From assembly GCA_965277285.1 (NCBI GenBank), contig OZ255721.1:896001-960000 (forward strand): a DNA stretch of 64,000 nt, written 5' to 3'. Source of the stretch: Abditibacteriaceae bacterium. GTDB lineage: Bacteria; Armatimonadota; Abditibacteriia; Abditibacteriales; Abditibacteriaceae. The notes beneath the pieces were generated by a model. It saw nothing but the letters and a program-made list of their open reading frames with translations. It made no database searches and had not been told where the DNA came from. Made by a program: the position numbers and the translations under genes. This document shows, piece by piece, positions 30,901 through 37,727 of the stretch (within the stretch, counting starts at the first letter, position 1; each line of letters starts with the position of its first letter).

Positions 30901-31434
30901 TGGGCGCAAAACAAAGGTCGCGGGCGGTTCGTTGCCGACCGTGCGCAAGGTTTGCCAGGCGTTCGCCATTTGCCACGCTTCGGCCTGCACCACGACGAGG
31001 GTTTCGCCGCGCACGATCAAGGGCGCGAAACGGCGCCGTATGCTCGCGCTCCAAACGCGTTGCGCCAACGCCGAAAACAAAGCGCCGCCGAACAAACCAA
31101 GCGCCAGGCAGGGCAGCAGCAAATTCAAAAACGCCGGATGCGCTGGCCACAATCGCTCGAGCCACAATGCTTGCCCGATAAATGGCACGCGATCGAAAAT
31201 CGGCGTCAGGGCGAACAAAGGCCACAACGCCAGCGCCAGCAAAAGGCCAGTCATCAGCCCCCACAACGCGCCGCGCCGCAACGCCGTCGGATTGCGACGA
31301 ACACGCACGCGACCTTCGGCTGTTTTATGGAGCGCGACGCAGCGCGAATAAGTTCCGCGCGAAAGGGCGCGAACAGCGTCAACGGCAGCGGGCTGATTTT
31401 GAAAAAAACCCAGGACAGTTCCCAGAGGAGTCAT
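21916..31434 (-). CDS. ndvB: Cyclic beta-1,2-glucan synthase-like protein (NdvB/ChvB/Cgs; glycosyltransferase plus GH94 modules)
   Basis: 3172 aa; WERKRGK, TLDADT, LSHDLIEG, RWIRGDW, QSGGAYGFRDQLQD, GDWNDG and RENGGQYTH. Confidence 0.9.
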   Translation of the reverse strand: MTPLGTVLGFFQNQPAAVDAVRALSRGTYSRCVALHKTAEGRVRVRRNPTALRRGALWGLMTGLLLALALWPLFALTPIFDRVPFIGQALWLERLWPAHPAFLNLLLPCLALGLFGGALFSALAQRVWSASIRRRFAPLIVRGETLVVVQAEAWQMANAWQTLRTVGNEPPATFVLRPSSTRMATAAAPRIEPLTPDRLNERARQLAASQKTRRGGRDQALLQRLGQSRQVIEGITTTLGEASLLEQSVSISGEWLLDNAFLVQGQIKDVRNNLTRGFYRELPVLSEGNLAGLPRIYALSLELINSTDAHFSPQNITDFLRSYQEIAPLTLGELWAMPLLLRLALIEKLQHLAEGVGARQIERERADFWANRLLLSARRDGDQHLNLLAQLSRATFPLTPHFADRLRSQLQDEESVLTPVRSWLERRLDAPLDQIVQTEQRRQAADQLSIANIIGSLRALLDIDWREIFEDVSLVHRELGLDPAGVYPQMDFATRDRYRRAVEEVARWAKRSELEVAHTTLNLALEPIMRGTADASFPHRSHVGYFLVDNGRARLESRTGAFVPLSTRLRRAVFHNAALVYIGGVALVTTALLWRLLHALPHDFPYNVPLSARWILGLLAVLPASEIAVQTVDYLLTRFLPPRALQKMSFLNGIPDDARTLVVVPMLASSLDSIREDVERLEVRFLANADANLRFALLSDYVDADAQHLPNDEELLSALKSAIGGLNARYGDGKFFLFHRERSWSKGENKWIGWERKRGKLEEMNALLVGAHQNPASLLRVGKIEDLQGIQFVITLDADTQLPHDSAREMIETLAHPLNRPRFNTAGIVTGGYGIIQPRVSTALPSAVATRFSRLFTDARGTDPYTHLVSNVYQDLSGEGAYHGKGIYDLHAFHRVLDNRFPDATLLSHDLIEGAHVRVGLATDIELFDQFPSNYLAYAKRNHRWIRGDWQISNWAFGHVPSHDGRKIRNPLSGLNKWKIFDNLRRSLVPIATLTLLLLSWLWMPQSARAVTKLVLLAAFLPTLTGTVTWLTSRSMLRVVPWRDWAGSILRAVLSLALLPHQAGVSLDAIGRVWYRRLVSHRHLLEWQTSQDAASRAKNQSRNFLWRLAIVSLLSGLLAWQLWRNTINPPVFVERTPENGRLAANQIIGAWRAKPAFLATSLVANADSGLGAPSPYVRFIQYSNGDASLQTDAPRTTETFASPETWETPTDESTPESALWYATPFLLLWALAPLFVRWLDGGRLKTVTQGLSGEERTYLRHLARQTWRYFDDFLGPQNNWLPPDNYQESLNTGVAPRTSPTNIGLWMLSALAARDFGYLNFDQVVDRCNATIDTLENLEKHDGHLLNWYDITTLKPLPPRYVSTVDSGNLIVSMWAFGQGCRAALNEPVLTQSVLHGLSDTLAILQRESTALSPESSTRIATLQTLFVQTPQTVDDLIAVLRAAGEPSYALTKILRESAAPAPSIYWANALECQVAACNETIDRYLLWAVRLAEISDEALISLGETALAAKRDALKIAPSLEALAHEELAPLSTLLTFRSGKLSPELDAALDEVAELSAKSRWLAGEKRAQAEAMIERNDALSDAMNLRPLYDKKKQVFTIGLNVDANRLDNSFYDLIASECRLASFAAIARGDVPAEHWLKLRRLYGASGWRAPMALLSWSGTMFEYLMPPLLTRNYPNSLLDYACRAAVTRQIAYGKRRGIPWGVSEASYSALDGNKIYQYQAFGVPGLGLKRGLEDDLVVAPYATCLALPIEPQAALENLRRLEEAGLRGGYGFYESIDYTRARVPEGERGVIVRSFMVHHQGMAFLAFDNVLHGNIMQDRFHADARVNAASPLLYESVPLAPPTYEEAPREGQTSKLKPISGGLATDEFSSPDTPTPRVNLLSNLEYSIVVSAAGGGYSRWRDFEITRWRSDVTRDNWGAFIYVRDCDEGMAWSSTHHPMGRADRRFLTTFGADRASFRRRDGEIETLTEVVVAPEDAAEIRRVTLTNTSKRTRHLELTSYLEIALAPHAADRAHPAFSKLFVQTEAVPEHRALLANWRLRSPDDAPIWACHAVVSEEQDEFDYETDRARFLGRGRDARDPIALDNPLTQTQGAVLDPVFSIRKTVTLAPGEQVKIAWVTGAGESRDRVLEIARKLGDMGSIARAFELAWTNAQLEMQRLRIEPDDVQVFQQLAGHMIYPSAGLRTSQRRIAANTLGQQGLWAHGISGDLPIMIVQVGSERDVRVVQQALLAQAFWQSRGLKTDLVILNEEAASYEQPLSESLKRVVQNSGAPLDKPGGVFLRGAKMLSDTDLTLLLSVARVVINASRGGLSQQLGTLAESAKMPPRLAIAQRPPEEPSAPLPFMELPYFNSLGGFTTDGREYAIYLGPHDTTPAPWVNVLANPRFGAMISESGPGYTWCDNSQANKITPWSNDPVSDTAGEAIYIRDEETGTFWSPTALPIRELDPYRARHGQGYSVYEHNSHAIEQELVTFVPISEAAGSGLEAGTESSTRLRFTPLETPTVRVQRLRLRNRSSHRRRLSVTLYVEWTMGTTREETSPQIVTRWDGDARLLLARNAYNPDFAHRVAFLSASPNIVSWTGDRTEFLGRNGSAEQPAALLRSGLSNRTGAALDPCGAIQVAVEIEPNGEAEVIFVLGEADTIEEAQHLARRFRDRDEAERTLHQTSGWWNDLLERVQVKTPDLAVDFMMNRWLLYQTLCCRIWGRSAFYQSGGAYGFRDQLQDVMAVTHSAPNVAREQILRAAAHQFKEGDVQHWWHPPSGAGVRTRFSDDLLWLPYVVSQYVRVTGDWSVLDEEVPFLEGKILEPNEHEIYAQPQVSSEKATIFEHCRRSIEKGLTQGPHGLPLIGIGDWNDGMSRVGVEGRGESVWLAWFLIDVLNRFAEICTHQGDTAQSSTRTAQATHLAQVVEETAWDGEWYRRAYFDNGSPLGSHLSDEAKIDSLAQTWSILSGAGNPQRSETAMRSVEKFLVKDDDKMVLLFTPPFDKSAQDPGYIKGYVPGVRENGGQYTHAALWVAQAFARKGDGDRAVDILRMLNPVEHARTPHDVETYKVEPYVVAADVYALQDRVGQGGWTWYTGSSSWMYRVWLEDVLGVQRRGDILHIVPNIPRTWNEYSIRYKFGASVYNISVQNPDGGKTVSSLVVDGLLVRVTDGIALMDDGREHDVRVRL
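27907..27993. repeat. GTAG-type REP doublet inside the ndvB coding sequence
   Basis: GTAGGGGCTTGGCGCGCCAAGCCC (27907-27930) plus inverted copy (27970-27993); same family is intergenic at 44344 and 45496. Confidence 0.8.
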
Positions 31435-31683
31435 GCAACGCGGCCTTTAGAGGAGAAATTGAGTATGGTAAAGATAGGAAGCGGTCAACCGCGATTGCCA
31501 AAAAGTCGTTGCGGCTGCAAACTGCGAGGTGTCGCTTTACGAAATAATGACGAATCAACGCGAGCGACAAAGAAAAATCAAGCGCACGAAAGCGACTTGA
31601 CCCTTTCATTTTAATTGAGAAGACGCTCATTGAACAATGTGCGCTGCTTCCGATTCGTTCCAATTCCTGCCGTTTCAGCCATT

Positions 31684-32697
31684 ATGAGTACTCGAAACTC
31701 TTTCCCCGACGAACGCGAAACGCCATCGCGCGTGAACTCGCAGAACATAAAATCGAGCGATGACACGCGCCTTGATGCCGTTGTCATTGATGATCCAGCG
31801 GACGATACAGCCCACACGCCGCGCAACGGCGCGTTGTGGCTGATGCTTTCACTGCTGGCGTTTTACGCCGTCTTTTCGCTGGGCGCCTGGAGCCAGAAAC
31901 ATTCGTCGCAACCGCCGGTTATCGGCCCAATTTCTTCGCACGACGCGACGACTTCCGCGAAAATCGTGGTTCATGTCGCGGGTGCGGTGCGGCGTCCCGG
32001 CGTTTACACATTGGAAAGCAACGCGCGCATTTTTCACGCGCTGGACAAAGCAGGCGGCGCGCTCGCAAACGGCGATACAGGCGCGCTCAACCTGGCGGAT
32101 TGGGCGCAAGACGGCACGCGCATCGAAGTGCCATTCAAGGCATCAAAGCAAACGCAGAACCCGAACCTTGCGCCGCTTCCCGCCTCGTCCGCAAACGTTG
32201 CAGCGCCCGAAAGCGCGTCCGAAACTTCGCCTCAAGAAACGTCACCAAGCGAAACCGCTTCACCGCTTTCAACATCGACGCCAGACGGTTCGAGTACTCG
32301 AACGCCGCGCGCTGTCGTTTCTCAACCGCGCGTTGCGAAACGTGAAACCAAAGCAGCATCAAAAGCAAAAACTCAGTCGAAAACCATCGCCGGTTTGCCG
32401 CGCGCCCTGACGCCGGACGGCAAATTGTCGAACAACGCGTCGCCGCAATATCTCGAACAGCATCCTCTCGACTTGAACAAAATCACGCGCGAGCAATTGG
32501 AAGCCTTGCCCGGCGTCGGCCCCAGCCTGGCGCAAAAGATTTTGGATTATCGCACGCAAAACAACGGCTTCAAAAACGTCGAAGAATTGGACAATGTGAG
32601 CGGCATCGGCGCCAAAAAATTGGCCGCTTTGAAACCGTTGCTTTATGTCGTCGGTGCAGAAGCGGTTTCGTCGCCAACTCTTGAAACCGCAAATTAA
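31684..32697 (+). CDS. comEA: ComEA-family DNA-binding competence protein (TM, SLBB, helix-hairpin-helix)
   Basis: VHVAGAVRRPGVY, LEALPGVGP and VSGIGAKKL. Confidence 0.9.
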   Translation: MSTRNSFPDERETPSRVNSQNIKSSDDTRLDAVVIDDPADDTAHTPRNGALWLMLSLLAFYAVFSLGAWSQKHSSQPPVIGPISSHDATTSAKIVVHVAGAVRRPGVYTLESNARIFHALDKAGGALANGDTGALNLADWAQDGTRIEVPFKASKQTQNPNLAPLPASSANVAAPESASETSPQETSPSETASPLSTSTPDGSSTRTPRAVVSQPRVAKRETKAASKAKTQSKTIAGLPRALTPDGKLSNNASPQYLEQHPLDLNKITREQLEALPGVGPSLAQKILDYRTQNNGFKNVEELDNVSGIGAKKLAALKPLLYVVGAEAVSSPTLETAN

Positions 32698-32728
32698 GCA
32701 GCGAAGCAAAACACTGTGAGGAAAAATC

Positions 32729-33202
32729 ATGGGCACATTCGACGTATCGTTGCCAGCCGATCAGCCAATTACCTTCGCGCCGCGCTGCGTGGTCTGCGAA
32801 AAGCCAAACCCGGACGAAAAAATCAGCCTCTCGATTGTAGGCGCCGATGCGGAACATTTTGCCAGTGTCAACACGCTCAACAAAATTGATGGCATTCCCG
32901 TATGCAAAGCCTGCGCACCCGCGCTCCAGCATTACAACTTTCTGTATAAATTGGCGCAATACACGCTGGTTTTGCCGCCTATTGCCCTATTTGTCTTCAA
33001 CAAAACCCCGCTCTGGTTGAACATCCTTCTTCTGATCGCTGCTGTCGTCGCCGCGCCGCTCTACTCGGTCATTTCTCCGCCCGCTTTCGGCGCGACGTTT
33101 CTCAACGACAAAGCGACTTTTGAATTCAAGTCAAAGCTCGTCGCCGACGAATTCGCGCAACTCAACAACGCCGCGCCCGAGGAAGCAGCGCCGACCGAGT
33201 AA
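32729..33202 (+). CDS. Hypothetical membrane protein with two CxxC motifs
   Basis: GAGG RBS; CVVC and CKAC; two hydrophobic segments. Confidence 0.65.
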   Translation: MGTFDVSLPADQPITFAPRCVVCEKPNPDEKISLSIVGADAEHFASVNTLNKIDGIPVCKACAPALQHYNFLYKLAQYTLVLPPIALFVFNKTPLWLNILLLIAAVVAAPLYSVISPPAFGATFLNDKATFEFKSKLVADEFAQLNNAAPEEAAPTE

Positions 33203-33260
33203 AGCGCCGCTGAAAATCTCGCTCCACCAACCAAACCCAAAGCGCAACCCTCAAAAAATA

Positions 33261-33338
33261 ATGCTAATTTCTTAGCATAAAACCTTGACGCCGCGCGAAG
33301 AAATCGCTATCATTTCCTCAATGCTAATTTTTTAGCAT
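33261..33338 (+). promoter_or_regulatory. Sigma70 promoter bracketed by two ATGCTAA-N4-TTAGCAT operators (probable BlaI-family sites)
   Basis: Operators at 33261-33278 and 33321-33338; TTGACG (33285) -17 bp- TATCAT (33308). Confidence 0.8.
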
Positions 33339-33353
33339 TGAGGATTTGGTTTT

Positions 33354-33743
33354 ATGAAATCGAAGGCACTGGCGCTGCATAAATTGAGTCGTCGTGAGCG
33401 ACAGATTTTGGATGTGGTTTATGCGAAGGGCCGTGTTTCAGCGGCTGAAGTTCAAGCGGAACTGGTGGATGCGCCATCGTATTCGACGGTGCGCGCGCTT
33501 TTGCGCATTATGGAGGACAAGGGCTATCTCAAGCACGAGAAAGACGGCAACCGTTACCTTTATTTCGCTGCGCAGAAGCATCAGGGCGTCGGGAAATCGG
33601 CGTTGCAGCAAGTGTTGCAAACGTTTTTCGGCGGCTCGGTCGAACGCGCGGTGACGGCTCTTCTTTCTTCCTCGGACACGCAACTTTCGGGCGAAGAGTT
33701 GGAACGCTTGGCGGCGCTCATTGCGCAAGCGAAGGAGAAATAA
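33354..33743 (+). CDS. BlaI/MecI/CopY family repressor
   Basis: LSRRERQILD, SYSTVRALLRIMEDKG and FFGGS. Confidence 0.93.
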   Translation: MKSKALALHKLSRRERQILDVVYAKGRVSAAEVQAELVDAPSYSTVRALLRIMEDKGYLKHEKDGNRYLYFAAQKHQGVGKSALQQVLQTFFGGSVERAVTALLSSSDTQLSGEELERLAALIAQAKEK

Positions 33744-34664
33744 ATGGCATTTCCCCATGACGTGTCTTCTTATGCGGCGCCGTGGTTCGACCTGACCAAA
33801 GAAGTGCTGTTCAAAAGCTGCGTACTTTTGATCGGCGCCGCCCTGCTCTGTCTTTTGTTGCGCAAAGCGCCTGCGCCGATTCGACATCTGGTGTTGTCGC
33901 TGGCTTTGTTCGGGGTGGCCGCTTTGCCGCTGCTTTCGATTGTATTGCCCGCCTGGGAAACGCCTTTGCCCTCGTATGTGCAAAATCGCATCAGGCCGGT
34001 CGCCGTGGCGCCTTCTGTCCCATTGACTGCCGAAGTCAATCCGCCCGCGACCGTGCAAATGTCAACCGCAAGCGATGGCGACGCACCAAAAACAACCGAC
34101 TGGGCAACAGTGACTTTTGTGGTGTGGATTGTGGGCACGGCTTTTTTCGCGGCGCGCCTGCTTCACGGCTACTGGCAACTGGCGCGATTGCACCAAGCGA
34201 CCAGGCCAACCAACGACGCGACTTTGCTGCAAGCGTTGCGCGACGCGGGATCGAGTACTCGAACTCAGTTGCGATTGGCGCCGCCCGACAGTTCGTTTGT
34301 GCCGATGACGTGGGGCTGGAGGCGTCCCGTTGTGATGTTGCCGCAGCAATCGCAGGCGTGGCCAGCGGAACATTTGCGTTCTGTTTTGCTGCACGAAGTG
34401 TCGCACATCCAGCGGCGCGATTGGATCACGCAAATGATGGTGCAATGGATTTGCGTTGGGTATTGGTTTCATCCTTTGGTGTGGATGGCGGCCAAGCGTT
34501 TTCAAATTGAAGCCGAATTGGCGTGCGACGACCGCGTTTTGGCGATGGGCGTCGAGCCTTCGCAATATGCGGCTCATCTGCTGGAAGTCGTCAAAATGAT
34601 GACGCCGAAAACAGAAGAGAAAGCGGTGGCGAAAGGCCGTTTTTCGCAGGTGGAAGGCCGTTAG
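33744..34664 (+). CDS. BlaR1-like M56 metallopeptidase domain ending without a sensor domain
   Basis: PMTWG, LLHEVSHIQRRD, WFHPLVW, ELACDDRVL and YAAHLL; stops at SQVEGR. Confidence 0.88.
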   Translation: MAFPHDVSSYAAPWFDLTKEVLFKSCVLLIGAALLCLLLRKAPAPIRHLVLSLALFGVAALPLLSIVLPAWETPLPSYVQNRIRPVAVAPSVPLTAEVNPPATVQMSTASDGDAPKTTDWATVTFVVWIVGTAFFAARLLHGYWQLARLHQATRPTNDATLLQALRDAGSSTRTQLRLAPPDSSFVPMTWGWRRPVVMLPQQSQAWPAEHLRSVLLHEVSHIQRRDWITQMMVQWICVGYWFHPLVWMAAKRFQIEAELACDDRVLAMGVEPSQYAAHLLEVVKMMTPKTEEKAVAKGRFSQVEGR

Positions 34665-34841
34665 ATGATTGGGTGCTATACGCTTGAATAACGTTGTAGG
34701 GACGCAGATTTCTGCGTCCGCTGTGTGAAAGTGTGAACTGGCGGACGCAGAAATCTGCGTCCCTACAACATTAGCAACCTAATTTGCGAAGCGCAATTTA
34801 AGTGAGTTCGAGTACTCGATACTCGGCTCAGGGAGTCTGCA

Positions 34842-35942
34842 ATGAAGATCTTAATGAACGTTGAAGATGTATCGGTCACGATGGCGCAAGCGTCACAACT
34901 CAAGCAGCGTTTAAGCGCTATTCTCGATGGCAAGCACGCTCGTCGCCCCGTCACTCGCTGGACAGTCGCGGCCTTGTTCGTTACCACGGGCGCTGTTCTG
35001 CCGTTGCTGGCATCGGCTCAGAACTCCGGCACTTCAGCCCGCAACGCCCAGAAGGCGCAATCTGCGGTGTACGAATCTCTCAACTACGGGTTTGACGTTC
35101 AAGAAAATGGGTTTGACATCAAAGAAGCCGCCAAAGCGACCAACTTGAAGATTTTGCGCCAGGGATTTGGCGCTGATGGTGTGCCCATAAGCCGGTGGAC
35201 AGAACTGTCAAGTGCGCAGTTTCTGGTTGCGACGCTGCTCTACAATGACCCTTCCACGTTGCAACTCGCTTTGGATAAAGGGGTCGATGTCAATGCTCGG
35301 ATGGAACACGGAATCACGGCTTTGCACGTCGCAGTGATCTTTCGGCGCGCCGACATGGTGAACGTCCTGCTGCGCAACGGAGCCGACATCAACGCGCAAG
35401 CCGCCGGCAAAACGCCCCTCGATTACATGGCGGTTCCGCCACATCGGTTTGCGCAAACAGGCCAGGATCAACAAATCCTTCAGATGCTCAAGCAGGCGCA
35501 AGCCGCTGGCGGTTCGCGTCGGGCGGCGCCGCCGAAAGCGCATTCAAAAGTCATTGACGAAGGGCGAGTATCGCCCCGCGATGCGGTTTCCGCCAGTAAC
35601 CTCAAGCAGATCGCGCTCGGTGCTTTCATGCTGGAAACGAAGCAGGGAGCTTTAAAGATCACGCCTCAAGACTTCGAGGCGCAACTGTTTCCCTATCTGC
35701 ATACCACGGAACTTTTCCGTTGCCCTTCAATTCCAAGCGGCGAAGGTTACAGCTTCAACGGCAACCTGACGAATCTCAAGTTGAGCGATCTCTTGTACCC
35801 GCATAAAACCGTGATGTTCTACGAAAGCCGAAACGGAGAACTGGACTTTCGCCACGACGAAACCGCAACTATTGCGTTCGCCGATGGCAGTGTCGGCGCC
35901 GTCACGCGAGAACAAGCGAAAACGCTGCGCTGGAAGCCATAA
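34842..35942 (+). CDS. M56 C-terminal-like leader plus TM, ankyrin repeats and H-X9-DG (DUF1559-like) domain
   Basis: MAQASQLKQRLSAILD; GITALHVAV, GADINA, GKTPLD; SNLKQIALG...FRH...FADG. Confidence 0.75.
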   Translation: MKILMNVEDVSVTMAQASQLKQRLSAILDGKHARRPVTRWTVAALFVTTGAVLPLLASAQNSGTSARNAQKAQSAVYESLNYGFDVQENGFDIKEAAKATNLKILRQGFGADGVPISRWTELSSAQFLVATLLYNDPSTLQLALDKGVDVNARMEHGITALHVAVIFRRADMVNVLLRNGADINAQAAGKTPLDYMAVPPHRFAQTGQDQQILQMLKQAQAAGGSRRAAPPKAHSKVIDEGRVSPRDAVSASNLKQIALGAFMLETKQGALKITPQDFEAQLFPYLHTTELFRCPSIPSGEGYSFNGNLTNLKLSDLLYPHKTVMFYESRNGELDFRHDETATIAFADGSVGAVTREQAKTLRWKP

Positions 35943-36001
35943 CTGTGCAAAATCCAGTTATCGAGTACTCGATGCGCCGACTTAGAACCCCGGAGATTCG
36001 C

Positions 36002-36688
36002 ATGAAGATTTGGATGAACGTTGAAAACGTCGCATTAACAATGGCGCAAACGTCGCAAGTTTCGCTGCGTTTGCGCGCAGTTCTGGACACCAAGCGCCGC
36101 CGCCATCCGCTGGGGCGCGCGACAATCGTGTCGGCGTTGTTGCTGACGGCAAGCGCAGTTCCCCTTCTGGCGGCGGCGCAAACTAAAAGCGATCCGGCGA
36201 TGCAGGCCAAAGACAGCAAAGCGCAACCGCAATATCGGTTTAACGTGGACGGCAAGACTTTGTGGCTGATCACTTCCACGAGCGGCGCGGTCGCGCTCGT
36301 GGCGCCGAAATCGACCGAAGACAAAGATTTCATTGACTTCGATGTTCCCGATGGACAAATCATGTTTGCTGCGAAAACGGTTTGCATGGCCGGAGGAAAA
36401 TTCGCCTTGAATGGCAACGTCGTCGTTTCTGTGCGCGATAAAAGCGGCAAGGACACGATCTTGTTCAAAGCCGAGAGTGCAACTTTGGTTGGCATCGCTC
36501 CTCCAACCGGAATCCGGGGCGGGAAATTCGACTTTGCTGCAAAAAAGGTTATTGCTCGAAAAGACGAACTTGTTCTCAATGACCATGCCGCCCTTACGGT
36601 TCGAGACAAAAAAGACTTGAGCAAGATCTTGTATCGGTTGGAAGCGGAGAGCATGACCCTCCAAATCCCCGCGCAAACCCGCCGGTAA
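36002..36688 (+). CDS. M56 C-terminal-like leader plus TM and unknown beta-rich domain
   Basis: N-terminus paralogous to 34842 ORF (MKIWMNVENV..TMAQTSQV..RLRAVLD); GGAG RBS. Confidence 0.7.
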   Translation: MKIWMNVENVALTMAQTSQVSLRLRAVLDTKRRRHPLGRATIVSALLLTASAVPLLAAAQTKSDPAMQAKDSKAQPQYRFNVDGKTLWLITSTSGAVALVAPKSTEDKDFIDFDVPDGQIMFAAKTVCMAGGKFALNGNVVVSVRDKSGKDTILFKAESATLVGIAPPTGIRGGKFDFAAKKVIARKDELVLNDHAALTVRDKKDLSKILYRLEAESMTLQIPAQTRR

Positions 36689-36709
36689 AGGTTTTTCACA
36701 ATTCAACAG

Positions 36710-36743
36710 AAAGGCCGCGCATAGAAAATATGCGCGGCCTTTT
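36710..36743. terminator. Bidirectional intrinsic terminator
   Basis: AAAGGCCGCGCATA...TATGCGCGGCCTTTT. Confidence 0.75.
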
Positions 36744-36764
36744 GTGCTCAATCGAGTACTCGAA

Positions 36765-37574
36765 TCAATCGATTTTGATCGTCTTCGGGTCGAAAGTGGG
36801 CTTGGGATATTTGGGATCGATCTTTTCCATCGCTTCGACAATCGCTTCGGCCAGGGCGATATTGCGCGCCCATTTGTGGTCGGCGGGAATGATATTCCAC
36901 GGCGCCCACTCGGTTGAACAATGATTGAGCGCGTCTTCATAGGCGTCCTGATAATCGTCCCACAAAGCGCGTTCGGTCAAGTCGCCGGGGTTGAACTTCC
37001 ACAGTTTGTCAGGATCGTCCAGGCGCGCTTGCAAGCGCGCTTTTTGCTCTTTCTTGGAGATGTGCAAGAAAAACTTCAAAATCGTGACGCCGTTATCGGT
37101 CAGCAAGCGCTCGAAATGGTTGATGTCATCGAAGCGGCGATGCGCGGTGTCTTTGTCGATCAGCTTGTGAACGCGCACGATCAAAACGTCTTCATAATGC
37201 GAGCGATTCCACACGCCAATCACGCCGCGCGGAGGCACTTTCTGGTGAATGCGCCACAAAAAATCGTGTTCCATTTCCTCGGCTGAGGGCGCTTTGAAAG
37301 AAGTCACCACAACGCCGGACGGATTGACGCCGCTCATAATGCTTTTGACCGCGCCATCTTTGCCGCCGGTATCGGTCGCCTGCAAGACGATCAAAACGCT
37401 CTGCTTGCGCTCGGCGTAAAGCGCTTCCTGCAAGGTAAAAAGTTTCTCGCGCAAATGTTCCAGGCGCGCGGTGATTTCGTCTTTCGACTTGTAGCCGCCG
37501 GTCGCATCGGTCGGGATGTCGCTCAACTTGATCTTCTTGCCCGGCTTGACACGCACTAAATCGGTTTTTTTCAT
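36765..37574 (-). CDS. ppk2: Polyphosphate kinase 2 family protein (class III-like)
   Basis: DTGGKDG, HDFLWR, NRSHYEDVL and WKFNPGD. Confidence 0.92.
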   Translation of the reverse strand: MKKTDLVRVKPGKKIKLSDIPTDATGGYKSKDEITARLEHLREKLFTLQEALYAERKQSVLIVLQATDTGGKDGAVKSIMSGVNPSGVVVTSFKAPSAEEMEHDFLWRIHQKVPPRGVIGVWNRSHYEDVLIVRVHKLIDKDTAHRRFDDINHFERLLTDNGVTILKFFLHISKKEQKARLQARLDDPDKLWKFNPGDLTERALWDDYQDAYEDALNHCSTEWAPWNIIPADHKWARNIALAEAIVEAMEKIDPKYPKPTFDPKTIKID

Positions 37575-37727
37575 GGTTTTCCTTGGAACCGCAAAGACGC
37601 AAAGGCGCAGAGAAATGGTAGAGAATCGAAATTAGAAGTTTGTCATTCTGAACGAAGTGAAGAATCTAACTGCAATCAGACGTTGAGTTCCACTCACAAT
37701 GACAAATTTTCACGGACGAGCCTTAAC

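Noticed and set aside
22000..31614. Many overlapping alternative-frame ORFs across ndvB and other genes
   Set aside because: Arg/Ala-rich shadows typical of GC-rich coding DNA, with no motifs or RBS support.
34664..36763. Integron cassette array
   Set aside because: No integron integrase in the window and no attC-like RYYYAAC...GTTRRRY structure recognised.
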